DNA from: Alphaproteobacteria bacterium
GTDB lineage: Bacteria; Pseudomonadota; Alphaproteobacteria; RF32; CAG-239
Assembly: GCA_045634545.1 (NCBI GenBank)
Contig: JAZRAL010000009.1
Coordinates: 6,470-70,469 of the forward strand
Direction: 5' to 3'
Length of the DNA stretch: 64,000 nt
Every line of letters starts with the position of its first letter. Position 1 is the stretch's first letter. The notes under the pieces are model-generated. The model was not told the DNA's origin, made no database searches, and saw only the letters and a program-made list of their open reading frames with translations. Positions 37,918 through 48,047 of this stretch are shown one piece after another. The translations under genes and the position numbers were made by a program.

Positions 37918-37977
37918 AACAACCTTCAATAAACTTAAAAAATTGGTTGCAATTTTTATTGCAACCAACCTTTTCTA

Positions 37978-40089
37978 CTACTTAGATTTTTTTACCGTCA
38001 AACCACCTGACAATAAGTTCAATAATCCTTTTGTTGTTTCTTTAACACTATCAACACTATCATCTAATATTTTACCAACATCCTCTGTTGTTGTAGAAAC
38101 AACATTCTTAGGTTCAGGAAATCTATTTTCATAACCTGTACCAACAAGAGCTGAATAACAAGGAGACCCATCACTTTCTAATAGCATTTGTGCTCCCAAA
38201 TAAACAGGCCCGGCTGTTGTCACACCAACAATAGTTTTTATTGCATTAGCACCATCAACACCAATCTTAGGATTTTGAACTGTACCTGTCAACTTAACTA
38301 AAGATGATAATGCTTTTGCAATATTTGTATCAGTAAGTTTGCCAGCAAAAGGCTTCACACTAATATTAAGCTTATCATTTTTAAGATTAACATCACCATC
38401 AGCTACAATTGTAAACTTATCTGCATTAACAACTATACCATTAGGAAATTTAGCTTTCTTATCTTTAAATTCAGCTCTAACAACAGCACAACTCATATTA
38501 AGTTCATCATTTCCCTTAGTTAAATTAAGAGTATTAATCAATTGAGAAATAATATTTCCTTTGAGCATACCAATATTACCCAAATGAAGTTTAGATTTAT
38601 CAACAATCAAAGCTATATTACCGTCTAAATCTTCAACCAAACTAGAATATGTATCTCCTTTACTTGTAAAGTCTAAATACAAATCAGTCATACCACCTTC
38701 AATAAAACTAAAATTATCGCTATTTGCTCCCAATGCGCTCATTAATTTCAATAAATCAACTTTAGCAACATCAACATCAACTTTTAAACCATGGGTTTTA
38801 GCATCAAGCAAAATATCTCCACCAATATTACCAGTTGCAATTTTTCCTTTAACAAAGTTCACATTAGCAACACCATTATTCAATATAGTTTTAACTTCTA
38901 AATCAGAAACCAAAACAGCACCATCATTAGATACTTGACCAATTTTTATAAGACCATCAACATTAACCTTATAAAAATCATTATATGGAACACTAATATC
39001 AGGAGCTAAAGTTGTAGCGTTTGCATTTTTTATAACCCCACCTAAAAATGCTGTCTTTTCTTTCTTTCCAAAAGAAGCGATGTCTATGTCAGCACTTCTA
39101 AATTCAGCCTTTACCAAAGGTACAACCTCTTCTAAAGAGGCATCAACCTCACCTTCAACAATATTACCAGCGATTTTCAACTCTCTAATTTTTAATAAAA
39201 TGTTTTTTAAACTACCCTTAAATACAACATCTAAGCTTTCATTAAAACCACTATTTTTTCCTAAGAATTTAGCAATTCTTGCATCACCCTTAAATTGCAA
39301 ATCCCCCATAACATCAAACAGCTTAACAGTAGTTAAAATATCAATTCCCTTTGCACTAACGTCTAGTTCAACAGGATATCCATCTTTTGCTTCTAATAGT
39401 TTTAATGCACCTAAAACACCTTTTCCTTTATATTCTCCATTATTAACATTAAAGCTCAAATCAATGTTATCGTCAGAGTTTTCATCAAGGTTAAAATTCT
39501 TTATATTGTAACTTTGTGTTTTTCCACTTTTATCAATGTAATTAACTTGAACATTATTTAGAGCAACTTCCTTAATTACCACAGATGACAATATTCCAAT
39601 ATCTTTAGGTTCACTTAATTCACCAGCATTGGCACTTTTAATTACTTCAAAATTAAAAGATGTTTTTTCTACTTTATTTTCTACTTTTTCAGCTAAGCCA
39701 AATTCCCAGTTAGCGCCATTATCAGCACTTTCTTCAAGATTAACAACCGCATCATTAATCTTAAATCTATTAATAACAACATTCTTGCTCAAAAGAGGAA
39801 TAACACTAACACTCAAATCAATTGTTTTTACACTAGCCATATTAGGATTTTTAGACCATTTTGCATTAGCAAATGTAACATCATTAATTTCAATTGTAGA
39901 ACTAAAAGAAGGTTTAACTTTAATATCACCAATAGCCAATTCTCTACCTGTTGTATCAAAAACAGCTTTTGAGATCATTGTTTTGTAATTATTAAAATCT
40001 ATTTGTGTTAAAGCAATATATCCAGCAATAACCACAAACAAAACCAAACAAACAACCGAAATCAAAATAATTTTAAGTGCTTTTTTCAT
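37978..40089 (-). CDS. AsmA-family outer-membrane biogenesis protein
   Basis: 703 aa. N-terminal TM anchor (ILISVVCLVLFVVIAGYIALT) followed by a long beta-rich periplasmic region typical of the AsmA/TamB-like family. Confidence 0.7.
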   Translation of the reverse strand: MKKALKIILISVVCLVLFVVIAGYIALTQIDFNNYKTMISKAVFDTTGRELAIGDIKVKPSFSSTIEINDVTFANAKWSKNPNMASVKTIDLSVSVIPLLSKNVVINRFKINDAVVNLEESADNGANWEFGLAEKVENKVEKTSFNFEVIKSANAGELSEPKDIGILSSVVIKEVALNNVQVNYIDKSGKTQSYNIKNFNLDENSDDNIDLSFNVNNGEYKGKGVLGALKLLEAKDGYPVELDVSAKGIDILTTVKLFDVMGDLQFKGDARIAKFLGKNSGFNESLDVVFKGSLKNILLKIRELKIAGNIVEGEVDASLEEVVPLVKAEFRSADIDIASFGKKEKTAFLGGVIKNANATTLAPDISVPYNDFYKVNVDGLIKIGQVSNDGAVLVSDLEVKTILNNGVANVNFVKGKIATGNIGGDILLDAKTHGLKVDVDVAKVDLLKLMSALGANSDNFSFIEGGMTDLYLDFTSKGDTYSSLVEDLDGNIALIVDKSKLHLGNIGMLKGNIISQLINTLNLTKGNDELNMSCAVVRAEFKDKKAKFPNGIVVNADKFTIVADGDVNLKNDKLNISVKPFAGKLTDTNIAKALSSLVKLTGTVQNPKIGVDGANAIKTIVGVTTAGPVYLGAQMLLESDGSPCYSALVGTGYENRFPEPKNVVSTTTEDVGKILDDSVDSVKETTKGLLNLLSGGLTVKKSK

Positions 40090-40095
40090 TACAAG

Positions 40096-41025
40096 TTACT
40101 CCTTAAAACTTAAACCTAATACCTTTATGCTCTCTTTAAAATAGTCTGGCAATTTTGCTTTAACAACCAATTTTTTACCATAAACAGAAGATAAATCTAT
40201 TTTATAAGCATGTAAGTGCAATTTTTTAGAAAACAAATCGTTTTTACTACGTTCTTTTCCAAAATACTTATCATCACCCAAAATTGGCATCCCAATATAT
40301 TCCATATGCGCTCTTATTTGATGAGTTCTACCAGTTAAAGGACTAGCCGATACAAGCGCATACTTATCACCAACATTGTCTAAAATCTCATATTCAGTAA
40401 CAGCGTTTTTACCACTCTCAATTACTTGAACTCGACCATCAATTTTTTCAAGAGGAGCTTTTATCTCACCAAACTCTTTGTCACACATACCACGCACAAG
40501 CGCCAAATATGTTTTTTGTAAAGTATGCTCTCTAAATGCTTTTGTTAAAATATCTGCCATTTTTCTATCACGAGCCAAAACCAAAATACCGCTAGTATCC
40601 TTATCGATTCTATGCACTAACTTTGGTTTTTCTTCCATTCCAAACTTCAAAGCTTCAAGCATACCATCAACATGGCGCTCAGTATTTGTACCACCTTGTA
40701 CAGCAAGTCCAGATGGTTTATTTATAACAATAATTTTCTCATCTTTATAGATAACCAAGCTCTCAATAAATTTCACATCATTTTGAGAAACACCAACATG
40801 TACTTGTTCTTTTTTCTCATTATCAAGAGGCGGTACTCTAACTTCAAAACCAGCCTCAAGTCTTGTATTAGCCTCAGCTTTTGCGCCATTAACCTTTATT
40901 TGTTTTGTTCTAACTAGTTTTTGGAATCTTCCCAAACTAAGTCCAGGATAATATTTCAAAAACCATCTATTTAAGCGCATGCCATCATCAGCATCTTTTA
41001 CTTTTATAATCTGCACACCAGACAT
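40096..41025 (-). CDS. rluC: 23S rRNA pseudouridine synthase, RluA family (RluC/RluD-like) with an S4 domain
   Basis: The HRIDKDTSGILVLA catalytic motif is present. Start taken at MSGVQIIKV. Confidence 0.8.
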   Translation of the reverse strand: MSGVQIIKVKDADDGMRLNRWFLKYYPGLSLGRFQKLVRTKQIKVNGAKAEANTRLEAGFEVRVPPLDNEKKEQVHVGVSQNDVKFIESLVIYKDEKIIVINKPSGLAVQGGTNTERHVDGMLEALKFGMEEKPKLVHRIDKDTSGILVLARDRKMADILTKAFREHTLQKTYLALVRGMCDKEFGEIKAPLEKIDGRVQVIESGKNAVTEYEILDNVGDKYALVSASPLTGRTHQIRAHMEYIGMPILGDDKYFGKERSKNDLFSKKLHLHAYKIDLSSVYGKKLVVKAKLPDYFKESIKVLGLSFKE

Positions 41026-41116
41026 ATAAAACCTCTTTAATGTTAAATTCCTAAAAATCATACTAAAATAAAACAAAAATACAAGTTTAAATTAAAAACA
41101 AAAAAGGCGATTCTTT

Positions 41117-41401
41117 CTAGAACCGCCCTTTTCTCTTTTGAGGTTTTCCTATTTTTTTAGGAACATTCCATTTACGCTTTGGTTGTTTTTTAGCTATTGG
41201 TTCAAATACAATTTTAACATCGTTCGCACTTTCGCTCATCTGTTTTATAACATCTTTAATATCAGATAGAGCAACTTCCGGTTTATAGAATATTATTCCA
41301 TACTTTTTTTCAAGCACCTCTATAATTGTTGTAAGCTCTTTTTCATCACAATAACTAACTCCCATAGCCGCCAAAGCCATTTTTAATCGATTATTTATCA
41401 T
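41117..41401 (-). CDS. Small hypothetical protein with a strongly basic C-terminal tail
   Basis: 94 aa. C-terminus KKQPKRKWNVPKKIGKPQKRKGRF. No family recognised. Confidence 0.4.
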   Translation of the reverse strand: MINNRLKMALAAMGVSYCDEKELTTIIEVLEKKYGIIFYKPEVALSDIKDVIKQMSESANDVKIVFEPIAKKQPKRKWNVPKKIGKPQKRKGRF

Positions 41402-41468
41402 ACATAAAAATTTTTAAATTATACAAAAGAAGCCCTAATATACTATATTTAAAGCATATTGTCAAATT

Positions 41469-42788
41469 TTAATTATTATTCTCTTTTCTTACTTTTTGCT
41501 TTTCACGACGAAGTTTATCAAAATAGTCGATTCTCTTTCTAATTTCTCTTTCAAAACCTCTATCAACTGGATGATAAAATCTTCTTCTCCCCATCTCTTC
41601 AGGAAAATAATTTTGCCCCGAAAAACCATCTTCTAAATCTTGGTCATAGATATATCCTTCTTTATAACCAAGTTCTTGCATCAATTTTGTTGGAGCATTC
41701 AAAATATGTTTAGGAGGCATTAAAGAACCTGTTTTTCTTGCCACATCAAAAACACTATGCATCGCCTTATAAACCGCCGCAGATTTTGGAGCAGTCGCCA
41801 AATATGCTGTAAGTTGCATAATCGCCAAGTCTCCCTCAGGGCTTCCAAGTCGTTCATATGTATCCGAACAAGCAATCGCTTGCACCACAGCATTAGGGTC
41901 AGCCAAAGAAACATCTTCCACTGCAAATCGAACTAATCTTCTTAAAATATATCTAGGGTCTTCACCAGATACAATCATTCTACCAACCCAATAAAGAGCC
42001 GCATCAACATCAGACCCTCTCAAAGATTTATGAACAGCAGATATCAGATTATAATGTCCATCTCTTCCTTTATCATAAACAGGCGAGCGAGAACGGATAA
42101 TCTTCATTAGTTTATCTTTACCAAAAACCTCACCTTCTTTAGCATATGCCCACACACTTTCTGCCAAATTTAGAATATATCTACCATCACCATCAGCAAT
42201 TGTTTTTAACAAATCTCTTGCTTCATCATCAATAGGAAGTTTTGTACCCTCTTCTTTTTCTGCTCTCTGTAAAAGCTCTTCAAAATTATCTTCAGTAAGC
42301 CTATTTAAAACAAAAACCTGACACCTTGATAAAAGCGCCGCATTTAGTTCAAAAGATGGATTCTCTGTTGTTGCACCAACAAGTATAACTGTACCATCCT
42401 CAACATAAGGCAAAAAGCCATCTTGTTGAGATTTATTAAACCTATGAATCTCATCTACAAATAAGAGCGTTCCCTTTCCTTGGGTTACTTTCCTATCATG
42501 CGCATATTGAAAAACTCTCTTTAAATCAGCCACCCCAGAAAACACTGCCGAAATTTGCTCAAAATAAAGATTAGTATGTTCCGCAATAAGTCTTGCAATC
42601 GTTGTTTTTCCACATCCAGGAGGTCCCCACAAAATAAAAGAAGAAACCTTTCCAGTAATAACCATTCTCCCCAAAGGAGAATCTTCCCCTAAAACCTGCT
42701 CTTGTCCAACCACATCTTCAAGTTTTTTAGGGCGCAATCTATCTGCGAGTGGGCGCTTAACCCTATTTGAAAACAACGTTTCTACCAT
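41469..42788 (-). CDS. rarA: Replication-associated recombination protein A (AAA+ ATPase RarA/MgsA)
   Basis: 439 aa. Walker A GPPGCGKTT. Walker B LFVDEIHRFNK. C-terminal MgsA domain present. Confidence 0.9.
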   Translation of the reverse strand: MVETLFSNRVKRPLADRLRPKKLEDVVGQEQVLGEDSPLGRMVITGKVSSFILWGPPGCGKTTIARLIAEHTNLYFEQISAVFSGVADLKRVFQYAHDRKVTQGKGTLLFVDEIHRFNKSQQDGFLPYVEDGTVILVGATTENPSFELNAALLSRCQVFVLNRLTEDNFEELLQRAEKEEGTKLPIDDEARDLLKTIADGDGRYILNLAESVWAYAKEGEVFGKDKLMKIIRSRSPVYDKGRDGHYNLISAVHKSLRGSDVDAALYWVGRMIVSGEDPRYILRRLVRFAVEDVSLADPNAVVQAIACSDTYERLGSPEGDLAIMQLTAYLATAPKSAAVYKAMHSVFDVARKTGSLMPPKHILNAPTKLMQELGYKEGYIYDQDLEDGFSGQNYFPEEMGRRRFYHPVDRGFEREIRKRIDYFDKLRREKQKVRKENNN

Positions 42789-42943
42789 TTTTTCTCTTCA
42801 ATTTATCAAAATATAGTAACCCTTAACACAAATTTTTCATTCCTACAACTAGATTCTTCACTAATTTTCACATATTACTTGACAGTTCCTTATAAAGTTA
42901 TACTATTCATATACTTTTAATAACAACGATTTAAGGAAAAATT

Positions 42944-43711
42944 ATGAGCTTTAAAGATTTAGGGTTAGACGAACATACAATTCATGCAATAGAAGATCTT
43001 GGCTACAAAGAGCCAACAACAGTACAAAAAGACGTTATACCATCTGTTCTAGCAGGCAAAGATATTTTTATAATAGCACCATCTGCTTGTGGCAAAACCT
43101 GTTCATACATTTTCCCATTAATTGATATTATTTCTAAAAAACAAGGTCAAAACATTCTAATTATTACTGCAGACGACAAAGAAGCTGTAAATGTTTCAGA
43201 CAAACTCTCAATTTTTAATAAATACCACGAGATAAAAGAAACCGAAACAGAAGCAAATGTTATCATTGGTGCACCTGCTCTCTTGTTAGAAAATATCTCA
43301 GAAGAACAAATAGATGTATCAAACACCAACATCCTCGTTGTAGATGATATAAACTTAATCAAAAAAAATCGCCAATTAAAAAATTTAGATAAAATTTTAG
43401 AATTATTACCTGTTAACAAACAAAACATTGTTTTCACAACTCGCAGATCAAAAGAAACTCAAGATACATTAAACAAAATTCTTAAAGCCCCTGCAGAGAT
43501 AAAAATAGATAAAAACAAAGAAAGCGAAGTAAAAGACGTTCAAAATGAACCAACTCTTCCTCAAGAAACCCAAAAACCTAAAAAGAAAAACAAAGACAAA
43601 ACACCTCTTGATAAAAAAGCAGTAGAAATTGCTAAAAAAGGTAAAGCTTTCGGTTTTAATCCTCCTCATTTCTTACTAACAGAATGTAAACTAATGGAAG
43701 GTGAAGATTAA
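42944..43711 (+). CDS. Degenerate DEAD-box helicase-like protein: only domain 1, with altered catalytic motifs and a Lys-rich tail
   Basis: The Q-motif-like region is GYKEPTTVQ. Motif I is altered to APSACGKT (normally AxTGSGKT). Motif II is VVDD instead of DEAD. There is no helicase C-terminal domain. The C-terminal 60 aa are K-rich. Confidence 0.55.
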   Translation: MSFKDLGLDEHTIHAIEDLGYKEPTTVQKDVIPSVLAGKDIFIIAPSACGKTCSYIFPLIDIISKKQGQNILIITADDKEAVNVSDKLSIFNKYHEIKETETEANVIIGAPALLLENISEEQIDVSNTNILVVDDINLIKKNRQLKNLDKILELLPVNKQNIVFTTRRSKETQDTLNKILKAPAEIKIDKNKESEVKDVQNEPTLPQETQKPKKKNKDKTPLDKKAVEIAKKGKAFGFNPPHFLLTECKLMEGED

Positions 43712-43787
43712 CAAAAAAATACTTGCGCTATTTAGATGCAAGTTCTATATAAATACAAAAATATTAACTTATAAACTGGAGATACAA

Positions 43788-44543
43788 ATGGCTGGACACT
43801 CCCAATTTAAAAACATCATGTACCGCAAAGGTGCACAAGATGCAAAAAAAGCTAGAGTTTTTGCAAAACTAGCTCGTGAAATTACTGTTGCTGCAAAATC
43901 AGGTCTTCCTGAACCAGATAAAAACCCTCGTTTAAGACTTGCAATACAAGCAGCACGTGCAGAAAGTATGCCAAAAGACAACATTGAGCGTGCTATTGCT
44001 AAAGCTACACAAACAGCAGGTGGTGCAGACTTCACAACTATGCGTTATGAAGGTTTTTCTGCAAGTAAAGTAGCTGTTATTGTAGAAGCTCTAACAGACA
44101 ATAAAAACCGTACAGCAAGTAACGTTCGCTCAATTTTCGGTAAACGTGGTGGAGCAATGGGTGAAACTGGTTCTGTAACATTTAACTTTGAACGTATTGG
44201 CTATATAGAATATCCATTATCTGTTACTGATAACGATACAATGTTTGAAGAAGCATTAAATGCTGGTGCAAATGAAGTTATTTCAGAAGATGAAATTCAC
44301 GCAATAGAAACTCTTCCAGATGACTTATCATCTGTAACAGAAGCTCTAGAGCAAAAATTTGGAACACCATCTGCTTCTCGTTTAGATTGGAAACCAACTG
44401 TTAAATCAGAAATAACAGACCTTGAAACTGCTAAAAAGTTTTTAGAGTTTATTGATGCTCTAGAAGAAGATGAAGATGTACAACACGTATATCACAATGC
44501 AGAAATCGCAGAAGACATTCTTGCTCAATTAGAGGCTGAATAA
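43788..44543 (+). CDS. yebC: YebC/PmpR-family transcriptional regulator
   Basis: Start at MAGHSQFKNIMYRKG, the YebC N-terminal signature. The longer ORF start at 43701 is probably an upstream extension. Confidence 0.9.
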   Translation: MAGHSQFKNIMYRKGAQDAKKARVFAKLAREITVAAKSGLPEPDKNPRLRLAIQAARAESMPKDNIERAIAKATQTAGGADFTTMRYEGFSASKVAVIVEALTDNKNRTASNVRSIFGKRGGAMGETGSVTFNFERIGYIEYPLSVTDNDTMFEEALNAGANEVISEDEIHAIETLPDDLSSVTEALEQKFGTPSASRLDWKPTVKSEITDLETAKKFLEFIDALEEDEDVQHVYHNAEIAEDILAQLEAE

Positions 44544-45032
44544 ATGCGTATATTAGGCCTAGACCCAAGTATATCATCAACAGGTTGGGGCATAATAAAT
44601 GTTGAACAAAACCGTTTGTCATACGTGGCAGACGGTTTTATTCCAACATCAAACAAATTACCATTATCAGAGCGCTTGCATATTATACATAACGAACTCC
44701 AAAAAGTTATAGAACAATACCGCCCTGATGAAGCATCTATCGAGGTTACATTCTTAAACTCAAACCCCGAAACATCATTAAAATTAAGCATGGCACGAGG
44801 TGTTGTTTTCCTAATGCCTTCTCTTTATAATATTCCACTTTATGAATACGAGCCAAATAAGGTAAAAAAAGCTCTAACCGGCGTAGGAAGAGCAGATAAA
44901 AACCAAGTAGAAACAATGGTAAAAATATTGCTACCTGGATGTAAACCAAAAAACAACGACTCATCAGATGCACTAGCAATCGCCATCACCCACGCAAACC
45001 TAAGAAATTCTTTCAATTCAAAAATAGCTTAA
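44544..45032 (+). CDS. ruvC: Holliday junction resolvase RuvC
   Basis: 162 aa. N-terminus ILGLDPSISSTGWGII has the catalytic Asp. Sits immediately after yebC, the conserved order. Confidence 0.85.
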   Translation: MRILGLDPSISSTGWGIINVEQNRLSYVADGFIPTSNKLPLSERLHIIHNELQKVIEQYRPDEASIEVTFLNSNPETSLKLSMARGVVFLMPSLYNIPLYEYEPNKVKKALTGVGRADKNQVETMVKILLPGCKPKNNDSSDALAIAITHANLRNSFNSKIA

Positions 45033-45056
45033 AAAAAAGGGTTACCCCCCTCCTTC

Positions 45057-46055
45057 TTACATATCCATCCCTCCGGTAGTATGAGAATGCCATGCCATTT
45101 CATATTGATACCCTGCATCATCATTTTCTTTTTCAAAGGATTTATCTTTAGATTTACTTTTCTCTATTCTTTCTTGCTCTTTCTTCCAGCCACGACTCCT
45201 TACTCTAGCCATTGATTTATGAGCTTCATGAACACCATCTTTTTCATTAACTTTATCACAAAACTCTATTGCTTTTCCTATCATTTCTGTTCCACTACCT
45301 TCAACCATATTAACAGTTTTATTAACTAGCTCACTACACTTTCCCGCCATTTCAGGATGATTTTGCACAATTTGAGTATAGGCATCAATTAACCCTGTAT
45401 CATACTCATATACACTCTGATTATTTTCTTCCATTTTATTTAGCATTTTTTCTGTATAAGCACAAAATCTCTCAGCCACCTTTTTATCATCTAAGCAAGT
45501 TGCAGCATTACTAAAAGCTATATCAGGATATTGGGTGTGCATAGCCAAATCATCAACATTATCCAACATAACCAACGCTTCTTTGGGTGTTAACTTTCCA
45601 TTATCAGCAGCAAAAGCATATGCAGTACATAAACATCCTGCAAATGTCTCTTTCTGTTCCTTTGTTCCATTTTCTAAAATTGATGTATCTTTCATAAGGT
45701 TATTAGCAATATTGTAAACTTCTTTTCCGTCTGCTTTTTCACTCAAATCAGCTAACTTATCTGCCATTAAAGCCTGTGCATCATAGTTTGCAAAACCTTT
45801 ATCATTTCTAGCATTATAATTATTAACCGCATCACGCATATTTTTCATATCATCAATGCCATCAATATACTTAATATCTTTGTTTTGCTTTTTTGCCTCT
45901 GCTTGCTTTTTTAAGCTATCTAATTGTGCTAAAACATCTTCACTACCACCTAATGCACTAGCTAATCCAATACCTAAATTAACAATCTTATCAACTTCCA
46001 TATCGCTTAAATTTTTCTCTGCTAATTTAGCAATCAAATCATCAAAAGCGCTCAT
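45057..46055 (-). CDS. Hypothetical protein without a signal peptide, 332 aa
   Basis: No recognisable domain. Acidic, with a Lys-rich region near the C-terminus (KKEQERIEKSKSKDKSFEKEND). Divergently oriented to an XRE regulator. Confidence 0.45.
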   Translation of the reverse strand: MSAFDDLIAKLAEKNLSDMEVDKIVNLGIGLASALGGSEDVLAQLDSLKKQAEAKKQNKDIKYIDGIDDMKNMRDAVNNYNARNDKGFANYDAQALMADKLADLSEKADGKEVYNIANNLMKDTSILENGTKEQKETFAGCLCTAYAFAADNGKLTPKEALVMLDNVDDLAMHTQYPDIAFSNAATCLDDKKVAERFCAYTEKMLNKMEENNQSVYEYDTGLIDAYTQIVQNHPEMAGKCSELVNKTVNMVEGSGTEMIGKAIEFCDKVNEKDGVHEAHKSMARVRSRGWKKEQERIEKSKSKDKSFEKENDDAGYQYEMAWHSHTTGGMDM

Positions 46056-46175
46056 CTCTCATCTCCTATAAAATAAAACTATATTATTATAATATCATAA
46101 ATGTTGGATATAGTCAACACATGATTTCATAAATAAATTATAATACCCTCAAACAAATTTTAATAAGGGTATATA

Positions 46176-46394
46176 TTGCAAAACAGACTCTTAACCATAG
46201 GCAAAAATATTCAAAACCAACGCAAAAAACAAAATTTAACACAAATAGAGCTTGCTGTTGAGGTTGGAATAGATAGAGCATATTTATCAGAGATAGAAAA
46301 CGGCAAAGCAAATATCTCTGTAAATATATTATATGCAATTGCAGATGCTCTGCACACTGATATAAAAGATTTTTTTAATACAAATCAATCATAA
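46176..46394 (+). CDS. XRE-family helix-turn-helix transcriptional regulator
   Basis: 72 aa. LTQIELAVEVGIDRAYLSEIENGKANISVNILYAIADAL is a canonical HTH_XRE (Cro/C1-type) motif. Confidence 0.75.
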   Translation: MQNRLLTIGKNIQNQRKKQNLTQIELAVEVGIDRAYLSEIENGKANISVNILYAIADALHTDIKDFFNTNQS

Positions 46395-46440
46395 AAAAGG
46401 AGGCTTCTCGCCCCCTCTTTCTTCTTAAATCAAATCTTTA

Positions 46441-47112
46441 TTACATATCAGCAATAACTTCCATGCTAACAATTACATCTGGGTCATAAACCATACCATT
46501 ATAACCACCGCCTTTTTTGATATTGTCAACATATTCCATACCGCTAACAACTTTACCCCAAACAGTATATTGACCATCCAAATGAGGTGCATCATTAAAA
46601 CAAATAAAGAATTGACTATCCGCAGAGTTAGGGTCCATAGCTCTAGCCATAGAAACCGTACCACGAGTATGAGGAACTCTATTAAATTCTGCTTTTAGTT
46701 TTTTACCACTACCACCAGTACCTGTTCCTAAAGGACAACCTGTTTGCGCCATAAAACCATCAATAACTCTATGGAACTTCAAACCATTGTAAAAACCTTC
46801 TCTAACCAATTCTTTAATTCTAGCAACATGGTTTGGTGCAACATCTGGAAGCATCTCAATAACCACTTCACCATCTTTAAGCTTCAAAACCAAAGCATTT
46901 TCTTGATCTTTAACATTATAAGAATGTTTCATTTTCTTTCCTCTCGTTTCACTAATTTCTAGTTTTTTTGTTTCTTCAATACCAATACTTTTAGTATCGC
47001 TTTTATCTAAACTTTTTGTTTCACTTTTAGCTAATACATTTCCCATCATAAAACCCTTTACAACTAAAACTAATATTAAAACTAAAACTATATTTAGGAA
47101 TTTATTTTTCAT
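46441..47112 (-). CDS. ppiB: Cyclophilin-type peptidyl-prolyl cis-trans isomerase, secreted/periplasmic
   Basis: 223 aa with a signal peptide. FHRVIDGFMAQTGCP and the SMAR..NSADSQFFI motif are present. Overlaps the RimK-like gene by 11 nt. Confidence 0.85.
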   Translation of the reverse strand: MKNKFLNIVLVLILVLVVKGFMMGNVLAKSETKSLDKSDTKSIGIEETKKLEISETRGKKMKHSYNVKDQENALVLKLKDGEVVIEMLPDVAPNHVARIKELVREGFYNGLKFHRVIDGFMAQTGCPLGTGTGGSGKKLKAEFNRVPHTRGTVSMARAMDPNSADSQFFICFNDAPHLDGQYTVWGKVVSGMEYVDNIKKGGGYNGMVYDPDVIVSMEVIADM

Positions 47113-48046
47113 AATTCAATACCCAATCAATTCGTTCTTCAGCAGTTAAACCCTGAGGAAAAGAATCAATAGCTTTTAATCTATCTCTTAACCCCACACC
47201 ATTTGCTATCTGTATAGCAAGCCCAGGTCTTGCATTTACTTCAAGCATCATAGGACCTCGTTCTTTATCAAGCACAATATCTGCGCCCAAATAACCAAGC
47301 CCTGTCATATCATAAGCCATAGCACCAATAAGCAAATGCTCCCTCCAAAAAGGAACTTTCAAATCCATAAGATTAGCCCCCGTATCTGGATGATGAGTTA
47401 CTTGTTTATTATGCATAACCGCATTTAGTGTTCTACCTGTTTTTACATCAAGCCCCACACCAACAGCGCCTTGGTGGAGATTTGCTCTTCCTCCAGACTC
47501 TTTTGTTGCCAATCTCATCATCACCATTGCAGGGTATCCTTTATAAACAATCACCCTAACATCAGGCACTCCGTGGTAGCTAAAATCTTTAAATACTTTA
47601 CTAAAATTAACTGTTTCCTCAATTAATGTTACATCATATTTTCCACCAAGACTAAAAAGCCCACTTAATGTATTAGAAATATGCTGATAAACATCATCAA
47701 ACGAAAGCACCTCACCAGAAGCATTAATAAACTCATTTTCGTTATATTCTTTTATAACCAAAACACCTTTGCCACCGCTACCATGCGCAGGTTTAATTAC
47801 AAACGTTTTATGCCCTTTAACAATCTCTAAAAGATTTTTAACCTCATATTGGTGTTCAATAATACCAATCATTTTCGGAGTATTAATATTAATACTATTA
47901 GCCAATCTTTTAGTTTTAACTTTATCATCAACAAGGGTATATAAAGAGCGTTTATTCTGCTTAGAAATCACGTCATAATTACGCTCATTCATTCCAAGCA
48001 CACCTTTTTCTTTAAGTTTTTTTGCTGTATTAAACCAACTAAACAT
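47102..48046 (-). CDS. Alpha-L-glutamate ligase-related protein (RimK-like ATP-grasp)
   Basis: 314 aa. The GMNERN motif near the N-terminus and ATP-grasp motifs (KPAHGSGGKGV; MLEVNARPG) are present. Confidence 0.85.
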   Translation of the reverse strand: MFSWFNTAKKLKEKGVLGMNERNYDVISKQNKRSLYTLVDDKVKTKRLANSININTPKMIGIIEHQYEVKNLLEIVKGHKTFVIKPAHGSGGKGVLVIKEYNENEFINASGEVLSFDDVYQHISNTLSGLFSLGGKYDVTLIEETVNFSKVFKDFSYHGVPDVRVIVYKGYPAMVMMRLATKESGGRANLHQGAVGVGLDVKTGRTLNAVMHNKQVTHHPDTGANLMDLKVPFWREHLLIGAMAYDMTGLGYLGADIVLDKERGPMMLEVNARPGLAIQIANGVGLRDRLKAIDSFPQGLTAEERIDWVLNYEK

Positions 48047-48047
48047 A

